DNA of 20,000 nucleotides from an uncultured virus (IMG/VR IMGVR_UViG_3300005512_000004) (Duplodnaviria; Heunggongvirae; Uroviricota; Caudoviricetes), in IMG/VR virus record IMGVR_UViG_3300005512_000004, one strand, 5' to 3'. The notes under the pieces are model-generated. The model searched no databases. It had not been told where the DNA came from and saw only the letters and a program-made list of their open reading frames with translations. The position numbers were made by a program, and so were the translations under genes. This document shows positions 7,967 to 15,060 of this stretch, in pieces. Each line of letters opens with the position of its first letter. Positions within the stretch are counted from its first letter, which is position 1.

Positions 7967-9101
7967 CGTGGTCTCCATAGAATTCGGATACGCCCCAGTT
8001 AAATTTATCATCGTAGCTGTCGCGTATGTGGTTAATCTCGCGCCTGTTAAGTCTGACGTTAGGTTTCGTCGCAGCTTCGTGCGACTTTACGATTTTCTGC
8101 GCACGGTTACGCAGCGCTGGCGAGCTCTGTGGCGAGCGAAGGATGTCTTGTGCGCGTGTCACAGCGCGTGTGGGCGCGTTACCTCCGAACACGACGCCTT
8201 TGCCTTCGAGCTGACTGAGCATGCGACTTGACCCTGGGAAGACCTGTTTCATGTGATCTAGCTCATTGACGCGTAGGTTCTCTAGCTCTTCGCTAATACC
8301 TTGAGCGTCACGTCCTGTCACAGTGCGCGCGATGTTGAGATCGCGGATAGGCAGCGTCGCGTTCATATGGTTGTTGCCTGGGCCTAGTATATGTCTGGTA
8401 GGCGTAGCTTTTGTGGCAGAGACCCCGTGCTTTCTTTCGAAGCGCTTTGCCTCTAGGTACTCGTTAAACTCGTGCAGCGCGGTCGTAGCTCGGCGCTCTG
8501 GTGTCGTGTGTTCGTACCCGTGCATGTAAATCTTGCCATCTCTGGGGTCGAAGTGCGCTACGCCGCCCCGTGCCATCTGCCGGCCTAGATCATTTCGGGC
8601 TTCTATGAGCGCCCTCTCGGTTTGGCGTGGGGCTATCTTGAGGGCGAGATCGTCAACCCTTTGCGCGGACTTACCGCGCTTGACGCGTATGTTAGCGTTT
8701 CGCATCCTATCGACACTACGAGGTAGATAGTCTCGCCAAGCGCGAGGCTCACCCGCTTCTTGTGCCTCACGCTTAGCCTTGTCGACCCACGAACGCATAT
8801 TCGCCTTACCCTCGCTCATGGTCTTAAGGTCGTTTGGGTTTATGTAGGGTTGTTTGCTTCGCTCGAGCGCCCTTTCGTAGACGTGACGATCCACAGCGCG
8901 TAGCCCGTCGAGCGGGTTTTGTCGCAGGTCCGCGACACGCTTACGGAGCTTGTCTATCTCTGCGGGGTCGGGTGCGGGCATAGGGCGGTAGCCTTTTACA
9001 CGCCCGCGGAGTTCGCGATTATTATATACGAGCTTACGTGCAGCTCGCCTTAGGACGCTGGTGTCGACGGCGTGTTTTTGCATGAATACGCGGCCAAGCA
9101 T
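7953..9101 (-). CDS. Basic hypothetical protein with divergent leader (MLGRVFMQKHA)
   Basis: Long ORF coupled to the upstream stop (TAACATG); Arg/Lys-rich; ALHEFNE motif. Confidence 0.8.
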   Translation of the reverse strand: MLGRVFMQKHAVDTSVLRRAARKLVYNNRELRGRVKGYRPMPAPDPAEIDKLRKRVADLRQNPLDGLRAVDRHVYERALERSKQPYINPNDLKTMSEGKANMRSWVDKAKREAQEAGEPRAWRDYLPRSVDRMRNANIRVKRGKSAQRVDDLALKIAPRQTERALIEARNDLGRQMARGGVAHFDPRDGKIYMHGYEHTTPERRATTALHEFNEYLEAKRFERKHGVSATKATPTRHILGPGNNHMNATLPIRDLNIARTVTGRDAQGISEELENLRVNELDHMKQVFPGSSRMLSQLEGKGVVFGGNAPTRAVTRAQDILRSPQSSPALRNRAQKIVKSHEAATKPNVRLNRREINHIRDSYDDKFNWGVSEFYGDHDALL

Positions 9102-9102
9102 G

Positions 9103-10236
9103 TTATTTGTCTCTTAACGCTGAGAGGAAAGAGGTGGCTCCGGGATAGTCGTCATCACCAAAGTCCTCCACATCGCTCCAGTCAGCGGCACGTAGTCGCT
9201 TCTTCATTTTCTTAGGTAAGGCGTCTACGCGGACCTCTTCGAGATTTGCCATGAAGGGGTCTATAGGGCCCTTGCGTGGTATACTTAGCGCTAGATTGAC
9301 CTCTTGCTCATTGAGTCCTTGTTGCTCGTAGGGCATCCGGCGGTTCTTACCACCTCTGTTAAATCGCTCACTACGTGCCCAAGGTAAATCAGTCGCGCGC
9401 TTTGAAGGCCGTGGACCCGCTCGATGCCGAAGAGATTCAGGCAATTTAGATTCCGAGTATAGGTTACCTGTCGCCTGCCGCCTCGCGAGCGCGGGATGCG
9501 ACTCAGCTACGATCTTATTCTGTCGGAAGTTGCGTCCAAACTTATCTACGACAGGCCCTGGGATCATATATTCTACGCCACCAGTGCTGCCGCCGCCCAT
9601 GAACTTCCCTTGCGCTTGCAGATTACGCAGACCCTTTTCGTCACGTACGAGCGCTTTCGGTAGGTCAAACTGCATGATTGATGGCGACTCAGGCGTGCGT
9701 GTGAATTGGCCTCTCGCCGCCGCGTAGAGGTCCATGCCTCGCGAGTCACCGCCACGGGCACGAGGGACAGTCCATACACCCCTGCCCGACCGACTAAGGT
9801 TGATGCCTGGCGCGGCGTCTTGTAGGTGAGGGCTGTGTGCGGGCATATTTGACGCTACCCCCCCACGCAACATGTGGTCGAATCCCTCGGTGGTTCCACC
9901 GCTTATCATGCCGACCCTGTCTCGCTTTGCGCCTCTACGCATCTGCCTCATCGCCTGTAGGTATGTCGGATTTACTTCGCCATTCACTGTACGCGGTACA
10001 TAATCTTCCCATGTCCTTGCGTTACGTAGGTCGGCCCTTGTGGCGTTCAGCGCCTCGCCTACGTCCCGACGCACCAGGTTTCGTAGTTCGTTCGCTTGAA
10101 GACTGCTCCCCCCGCGCCGCATCATTGTATTGTAGAGCGCGTCTGCAGCTTCGTCGTGCTTTCCTGCGGCGCTCAGGCGCCTCACGTACTTACTTAATGC
10201 GCTTGCGCGCTTCTCCATTAACACTTCGTAGAACAT
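9103..10236 (-). CDS. MFYE-leader family protein, possible divergent ADP-ribosyltransferase-like fold
   Basis: Starts MFYEVLMEKRA; GGGAG SD; SGGT...GRGVW...YA...PSIMQFDLP...VEYMIP spacing. Confidence 0.75.
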   Translation of the reverse strand: MFYEVLMEKRASALSKYVRRLSAAGKHDEAADALYNTMMRRGGSSLQANELRNLVRRDVGEALNATRADLRNARTWEDYVPRTVNGEVNPTYLQAMRQMRRGAKRDRVGMISGGTTEGFDHMLRGGVASNMPAHSPHLQDAAPGINLSRSGRGVWTVPRARGGDSRGMDLYAAARGQFTRTPESPSIMQFDLPKALVRDEKGLRNLQAQGKFMGGGSTGGVEYMIPGPVVDKFGRNFRQNKIVAESHPALARRQATGNLYSESKLPESLRHRAGPRPSKRATDLPWARSERFNRGGKNRRMPYEQQGLNEQEVNLALSIPRKGPIDPFMANLEEVRVDALPKKMKKRLRAADWSDVEDFGDDDYPGATSFLSALRDK

Positions 10237-10387
10237 AGTGTCTCCCTATTACGGCCCGTAATCACACGATGAATAGAGAGACTCTACGTACCTCGTACGT
10301 GGACCGATTGGTAAGTTTATTTCCGAGCTATACCGTCATGTATCGCCAAGGTCTCTTCCTTAGAATCGTTCGGTCGCGAAGACGTCA

Positions 10388-10846
10388 TCACAGCCTGATC
10401 TTATCCATGTTCTTGTACGCCTCGACAGCCTGTCCGAGAGGGTTACCGCCAGTTGGGAGCATCGTGCGCAGCTCCGCGCGACGTATCTCCCTAGGAGACG
10501 TGAACCTAGAGGCACGTCGTCCGGGAGGATTGCTCATCGGCAACTTGCTCTTCGCACTGCTCGCCATACCGCCCCCAAAAGGCGTCTGACTGCTAGTTGG
10601 GAGCATCGCGCGGAGCTCCGCGCGACGTTTCTCCGTAGACCTGAACTTAGCGGGGTTTGGTCCGCCACGTAGTCCGGCACGTAGTCCGGGAGGGTTACTC
10701 ATGGGTAACTTGCTCTTCACACTGCTCGCCATACCACCCGCAAAAGGCGTCTTACCACGAGTAGCGAGCATCGCGCGCAGACGGTCGAGCCTATTCCCGA
10801 TCATTCCCTTAGCAGCCTTCTTCTCCATTAATACGTCGTAGAACAT
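10388..10846 (-). CDS. MFYE-leader family protein, basic, with internal repeats
   Basis: Starts MFYDVLMEKKAA; repeated TPF.GGMASS.KSKLPMSNPPG.RA and RRAELR.MLPT. Confidence 0.8.
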   Translation of the reverse strand: MFYDVLMEKKAAKGMIGNRLDRLRAMLATRGKTPFAGGMASSVKSKLPMSNPPGLRAGLRGGPNPAKFRSTEKRRAELRAMLPTSSQTPFGGGMASSAKSKLPMSNPPGRRASRFTSPREIRRAELRTMLPTGGNPLGQAVEAYKNMDKIRL

Positions 10847-10864
10847 ACGTACCTCTTTCTTTTG

Positions 10865-10886
10865 TCAGCGTGAGCGCGCACGCTGA
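10865..10886. promoter_or_regulatory. Perfect 8-bp inverted repeat upstream of the left MFYE operon
   Basis: TCAGCGTG-agcgcg-CACGCTGA. Confidence 0.45.
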
Positions 10887-11272
10887 GCTGTTATGGTAAT
10901 ACACATGAAAGTGTGCACGTAGTATGTCACGTGCTCATGTGTTTCGCAAACAAGATTGCATGAGTGGTAACTCGTAGTTGGAAGCACGCTAGTGCTGACT
11001 TCTTTCTAGTTAAGGAAGGACGGAGCTCTTGCGTAGTCTGGCGTGATCGTGTGCATGTGGGTGATACGTACAAGCCTCGCCCCCCTACCCCCCAAGATCG
11101 CTACTTTTTGCGTGTGTGTCAAGAAAGTTAACACGTGCGCGGGTTACGTTTACGTCTAGAAAATGTCGACAAACACTACGTTTCCCTCGCGTGTAAAAAG
11201 ATAAAAAAATACTTGCCTACTTTGGTGAGGTACGTACAAACCATGCCCGTGAGATCAACAGGAGCTAAAGAG

Positions 11273-11350
11273 ATGAACGAGTTGACGTTACCCGAGGCCG
11301 TTATAATGGCGCTGTGTTATTGGTTGTTCATCTGGTACGCTACACGTTAG
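11273..11350 (+). CDS. Putative 25-aa membrane micro-protein
   Basis: MNELTLPEAVIMALCYWLFIWYATR; AGGAG SD; A-tract and TTGCCT-N16-TACAAA upstream. Confidence 0.5.
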   Translation: MNELTLPEAVIMALCYWLFIWYATR

Positions 11351-11359
11351 CGCACGAGA

Positions 11360-11420
11360 ACTATCATCGTAGTTTTTACCGTCGTTGCGGACGTCGTAGT
11401 TTTTATCGTCATTGCGGACG
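11360..11420. repeat. 27-bp tandem repeat (11367-11393, 11394-11420); 11360-11398 recurs at 19962-20000
   Basis: TCGTAGTTTTTAYCGTCRTTGCGGACG x2. Confidence 0.9.
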
Positions 11421-11428
11421 TGAGCGCT

Positions 11429-11773
11429 TTAGTCCTGTGGTGCGTTATACACCTCGGACCAAGCCTTGAGAACATCAGCGGGGATGCGATCAGCGTCCTC
11501 GTCGACGTCGTAGTCCTCTTCCACGATGATGACTTCCCTCCCGAAGGAGATGATGCCCATCTTGTAGAAGACAGCGTACGAGTACACGAAGCTGACAACC
11601 ATGAGACCGTTAAAAGTCCACAGCAACCACTCTGGGCTGATGTAGCCGATGTACGCGCTCGCGGCATTTGAGAAGACGACGAAGGTGATCGCACGCAGGT
11701 CGCGACCTGCCACGATGAGGGCGAAGATGACGTTAAGGGTGAGGATGGTCAGGTAGATGTAGAGTGCAATCAT
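11429..11773 (-). CDS. Membrane protein (about 3 TM segments, acidic tail)
   Basis: Hydrophobic N-terminal 75 aa; promoter-like motif at 11853-11879. Confidence 0.7.
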   Translation of the reverse strand: MIALYIYLTILTLNVIFALIVAGRDLRAITFVVFSNAASAYIGYISPEWLLWTFNGLMVVSFVYSYAVFYKMGIISFGREVIIVEEDYDVDEDADRIPADVLKAWSEVYNAPQD

Positions 11774-11852
11774 AGCACTGTTCCAATCTGCGCAGTCGCG
11801 CGGTAAGTGATAGCCCTATCCGCGGAAGTGCGGTTTGTTCTAGGACTACTTA

Positions 11853-11882
11853 CTTATGACAAGAAGCGTGTCGTTTTTGCGC
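11853..11882 (-). promoter_or_regulatory. Putative promoter GCGCAA-N16-GTCATAAG
   Basis: Same spacing as the other copies. Confidence 0.5.
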
Positions 11883-12090
11883 GTCCCGTGACCTGCCCTA
11901 CTAGGGGCGGACTATCATCGTGAGGGTGTGTACGTTACATAACGTGTACCTACCTACCCCCCCATGAGGTATATGTTTAGGGCTATCGTAAAAAGGCATG
12001 GGGGTTCTGCACACTAGACAGTGCATCGAGTTTCGTAGTAAATTTTGATCTGCCTTGCGCGAAGTAAGTACGTGTGACCTTACCCGTCAA

Positions 12091-12121
12091 AGGCGTAGCT
12101 AAATTTTTTTGGGGAGTACCT
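12091..12121 (+). repeat. Intergenic cassette repeat copy 1
   Basis: AGGCGTAGCTAAATTTTTTTGGGGAGTACCT immediately before ATG. Confidence 0.9.
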
Positions 12122-12355
12122 ATGTTTTACGAAGTGTTAATGGAGAAGAAGGCGCAGCGCTCTGCGGAAGGGTACGACAACGAGATCGCTGATCTACGCA
12201 AGCAGTACGAGAAGCACCGACGAGGTAAACTTGTAAGCGTTTTAACAGGCCGACTGGGTAACCGGATCTACCATGGCACGAAGGCGGGCGGATTCAAAAA
12301 GCGTATGGACGAGTTGGTTGCGGAGCGCGAGCGTGTACATGGGCGGTATAAATAG
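12122..12355 (+). CDS. MFYE-leader family protein (77 aa, basic)
   Basis: Starts MFYEVLMEKKA after GGGGAG SD. Confidence 0.8.
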   Translation: MFYEVLMEKKAQRSAEGYDNEIADLRKQYEKHRRGKLVSVLTGRLGNRIYHGTKAGGFKKRMDELVAERERVHGRYK

Positions 12356-12385
12356 GCGTAGCTAAATTTTTTTTGAGGAGTATCC
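12354..12385 (+). repeat. Intergenic cassette repeat copy 2
   Basis: AGGCGTAGCTAAATTTTTTTTGAGGAGTATCC; overlaps the upstream TAG. Confidence 0.9.
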
Positions 12386-12964
12386 ATGTTCTACGAAAAG
12401 TTAGCGTCAGCTAAAGAGCAACGAGAGTTTAAAGCACGTATTGCGTTAATCCGCGCAAGCCAGGGCGGGAACGAGAGCGTATCGAACGCAGCCGCGCAGG
12501 AGTACGCAAACGCGTTACGCGCAGGTGGCTATGATGTAGACGAGATCGATCTCGGAGCTGTCCCATTCGCTGACGAGTGGGATGACAGGTTTAAGAACAA
12601 GCACCGCAGGCGATTAAGAAAATCGCAGGCGACGGTCTTCGCTACGCCTGTCTATAACTGGGGGCCGAGTGCGCGACTCAACGCGTATCTACAAAACGCT
12701 GTTAAAGCGGGGCAAGACCCTTATCGCCCTTATGCTGTGTTAGGAGCAGCGGGATCACAGCGCGCTCAAGGGTATCTTCATGGTTTACAGAATATGGTCG
12801 CGATGGAAGATAAGGGGATTAACGTAGGCGCGCCTCTAGTCGCCACCGAAGACGATGTTATGTACGACGGCGATAAGGTCACGGGTGTGAGCGAGGCGTA
12901 CAAGAAGCGTTTAGCTGAGCACGCTCAGATCTTAGGTAGGCTCGCGCAAAATAGGCGTAGCTAA
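12386..12964 (+). CDS. Flavodoxin-fold NADPH-dependent FMN reductase-like protein with MFYEKLA leader
   Basis: IALIRAS...S...A; VDEIDL; VFATPVYNWGPSARL matches the F.TP.YN...S..L motif. Confidence 0.8.
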   Translation: MFYEKLASAKEQREFKARIALIRASQGGNESVSNAAAQEYANALRAGGYDVDEIDLGAVPFADEWDDRFKNKHRRRLRKSQATVFATPVYNWGPSARLNAYLQNAVKAGQDPYRPYAVLGAAGSQRAQGYLHGLQNMVAMEDKGINVGAPLVATEDDVMYDGDKVTGVSEAYKKRLAEHAQILGRLAQNRRS

Positions 12965-12984
12965 ATTTTTTTTGGGGAGTACCT
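12953..12984 (+). repeat. Intergenic cassette repeat copy 3
   Basis: AGGCGTAGCTAAATTTTTTTTGGGGAGTACCT; encodes the last codons and TAA of the upstream gene. Confidence 0.9.
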
Positions 12985-14004
12985 ATGTTCTACGAAGTGT
13001 TAATGGAGAAACGGGCAGAAGAGCAGCGCGGCCTCTCCGCAAAAGAGAAAGCCCTTGTCGGGTTAGGTGCGGCTGGTGGCGCGGTAGGCGTGACAGGTAA
13101 CATTGTTTTACCGAAGATTCTTAACGGAAAGCTGTCAGACGCGCAGATTGATGCGCGTATGGGTAGGTACGGAAAGTACGTACCGCTCGGCGCGCTGGGA
13201 GGTGCTGTGGTCGGCGGTATGCTCGCACGTAAGGGGCTACACGCGTATAGAGATCGAGGCGATCGAAGAGAGCGTGATGGTAAAGATCGCTTATCTAAGG
13301 GCGAACGCCTTGGATTAGCTGCGGGGCAGCTGTACGTGGGAAAGAAGATGGCAGACGCGGGCGCGGAGCGTGTCCTCGGTGTGCGTAGGTTTATTCATGG
13401 GACGTCAAATGAGAACGCGTGGGGTATCCTCGATAAGGGTCTCCTCGGATCGCACGGCGGTAAAGGGGGCGGGTCAACCGCTCAGCTCGGTGAATCAGGC
13501 ACACCCACCGCTAAGAAGATTAGAGGGAAGATTCATATCTTTGAGGACAATCCTTTTGCGGACAGGCTCGCAAGAGGCCACGCTAACCTCGCAGAAAAAG
13601 GGGGACTAGGTGCGCACTTGCGTGGAATCTTTGGCGTGCCTGGCGTAGGCGGAGGGGGTCAGCGACTATACGGCGAGATGGACTACGCAGATTATCGAAA
13701 GAACTATAGGATCGACCCGGACTATAACCCGAGTAGGCATATGGTTAGTGGAGCTGCTGTATCTCGTTCAGGGGTCAACGCAGATATCGACCCATCGAAG
13801 ATTAAAACGCGCCGAGGAGGACTAGCTCGCATTTTTAAAGCTCGTACAAAGGATTTGCCGAGCTACCTAAAAAAGCACACAGGTCGGGCGGTGCGGGGGG
13901 CAGCGCTTCTAGGCGGGGGCGCGCTACTAGGCAGAAAAGCGTATAATAACATTCGTGCGGGCTTTGAGGCCGAGTCAGAAAAGCGCGCCCCGCGTCACTT
14001 CTGA
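12985..14004 (+). CDS. MFYE-leader family protein with glycine zippers and an ADP-ribosyltransferase-like HGT motif
   Basis: MFYEVLMEKRA; GALGGAVVGG; FIHGTSNENAWGILDKGL. Confidence 0.8.
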   Translation: MFYEVLMEKRAEEQRGLSAKEKALVGLGAAGGAVGVTGNIVLPKILNGKLSDAQIDARMGRYGKYVPLGALGGAVVGGMLARKGLHAYRDRGDRRERDGKDRLSKGERLGLAAGQLYVGKKMADAGAERVLGVRRFIHGTSNENAWGILDKGLLGSHGGKGGGSTAQLGESGTPTAKKIRGKIHIFEDNPFADRLARGHANLAEKGGLGAHLRGIFGVPGVGGGGQRLYGEMDYADYRKNYRIDPDYNPSRHMVSGAAVSRSGVNADIDPSKIKTRRGGLARIFKARTKDLPSYLKKHTGRAVRGAALLGGGALLGRKAYNNIRAGFEAESEKRAPRHF

Positions 14005-14030
14005 CGCGAATTCAGCTGGAAGTTGCTCAT
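13995..14030 (-). pseudogene. Truncated paralog (MSNFQLNSRQK*) of the gene at 14729-14998
   Basis: AAAGGAG SD and leader hairpin 14051-14065; matches the N-terminus (L)SNFQLNARQR of the intact gene. Confidence 0.6.
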
Positions 14031-14048
14031 AGTGTTCTCCTTTGGCGA

Positions 14049-14098
14049 TAAACGCAACGCGCGTTGTTATACTGCGTACGTGAGCAGCGCGCTCACGT
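14049..14098 (-). promoter_or_regulatory. Two pentaloop hairpins (ACGTGAGC-GCGCT-GCTCACGT; AACGC-GCGTT-GCGTT)
   Basis: Repeated element. Confidence 0.7.
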
Positions 14099-14104
14099 GT
14101 GGAC

Positions 14105-14142
14105 TAGTCCGTAGCTTTGTCGGCACGAACGAGGCAGCGCGC
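14105..14142. repeat. 38-bp copy of 15062-15099
   Basis: 36/38 identical. Confidence 0.85.
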
Positions 14143-14194
14143 TCTTGGGTGCTGGCGGGCTCGCCGCAGGATACGCAGCGAACAACTAGTGCGA

Positions 14195-14257
14195 CTACTC
14201 GTCCATAGATCCGATGATGTACAGGATGAGTAGCACGACAATGATTGTTTTAATCAC
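14195..14257 (-). CDS. Putative 20-aa hydrophobic micro-protein (MIKTIIVVLLILYIIGSMDE)
   Basis: AGGAGGT 8 nt upstream of GTG; overlaps the upstream stop. Confidence 0.5.
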   Translation of the reverse strand: MIKTIIVVLLILYIIGSMDE

Positions 14258-14648
14258 GACGCCACACCTCCTGTAGCATCTCCTCGACCTTCTCCGCCCC
14301 ATCGGTCCACGTCAACGCCTTCAAGATGGTGCGCGCGTTGCTCCGCGCTTGTGTGTCACACTCGACCCCTGCGCGATCTTCGAGATCGCGCACGTAGAGC
14401 GCGTGGGCGAATACAGTTCCACCGTGTATGCTTCTGGGGGCAGCGAGCCGCCCACACATGTGGTAGAGCGCCATCTCGCCCTCAGGCGCGGCCTCGCCTG
14501 TGATGAGCTCGAATACCACCTTGCGCTGGCCCGGGCTGAGCGCCCACATTTCGGGGTGCCAACACTCCGCATCACTGCGGTGTGCATCTCGAGCTCGTGT
14601 TACGTCGTGGCAGATGTCTGCTGCGAGTCTATAAAAATTAATGTCCAT
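14250..14648 (-). CDS. Hypothetical protein (132 aa)
   Basis: GGAGG SD before MDINFYRL; leader hairpin 14669-14683. Confidence 0.75.
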   Translation of the reverse strand: MDINFYRLAADICHDVTRARDAHRSDAECWHPEMWALSPGQRKVVFELITGEAAPEGEMALYHMCGRLAAPRSIHGGTVFAHALYVRDLEDRAGVECDTQARSNARTILKALTWTDGAEKVEEMLQEVWRRD

Positions 14649-14666
14649 GTTTCCTCCGTCGATTGA

Positions 14667-14716
14667 TAAACGCAACACGCGTTGTTGATGATACCGCGCA
14701 CATGAGCAACGCGCTC
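14667..14716 (-). promoter_or_regulatory. Two pentaloop hairpins (GAGC-GCGTT-GCTC; AACGC-GTGTT-GCGTT)
   Basis: Repeated element. Confidence 0.7.
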
Positions 14717-14728
14717 GTACGTCTCCTC

Positions 14729-14998
14729 TCAGTACTTGGCGGGGAGCTGACACTCCCCCGGGTCTCCTGAGACGGCAATCATGATGATGCACGTCGGCGA
14801 GATGTACGCCCACTCGCCGCGACGCACCTCCCCGTAGTAGGGGTTGTCGGGTATAGGCGTGCGGTCGAGACGCACCCACGGGAGGATCCCGTTACTCCCC
14901 CACATGGTGGTGCGGCGGAAGTGCGCGATGTCGCGCTTGGTGTACCCAAGCTTGCGCAGGAAACGCCTCTGCCGTGCGTTGAGCTGGAAGTTACTCAG
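14729..14998 (-). CDS. Hypothetical protein (89 aa), probable CTG start
   Basis: AAAGGAG SD 5 nt before CTG; the paralog remnant has ATG at the same position. Confidence 0.65.
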   Translation of the reverse strand: MSNFQLNARQRRFLRKLGYTKRDIAHFRRTTMWGSNGILPWVRLDRTPIPDNPYYGEVRRGEWAYISPTCIIMIAVSGDPGECQLPAKY

Positions 14999-15015
14999 GG
15001 GTACTCCTTTCGTAG

Positions 15016-15033
15016 TTAACGCAACACGCGTTG
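15016..15033 (-). promoter_or_regulatory. Leader hairpin CAACGCGTGTTGCGTTAA
   Basis: 28 bp identical to 19337-19364. Confidence 0.75.
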
Positions 15034-15060
15034 CCGATGTGCTCTTACCACAAAGATGGA

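Noticed and set aside
11367..11420. 27-bp repeats as a CRISPR array
   Set aside because: The units are directly adjacent with no spacer
10850..12090. tRNA or known ncRNA in the central low-coding region
   Set aside because: No cloverleaf or T-loop consensus recognised by eye
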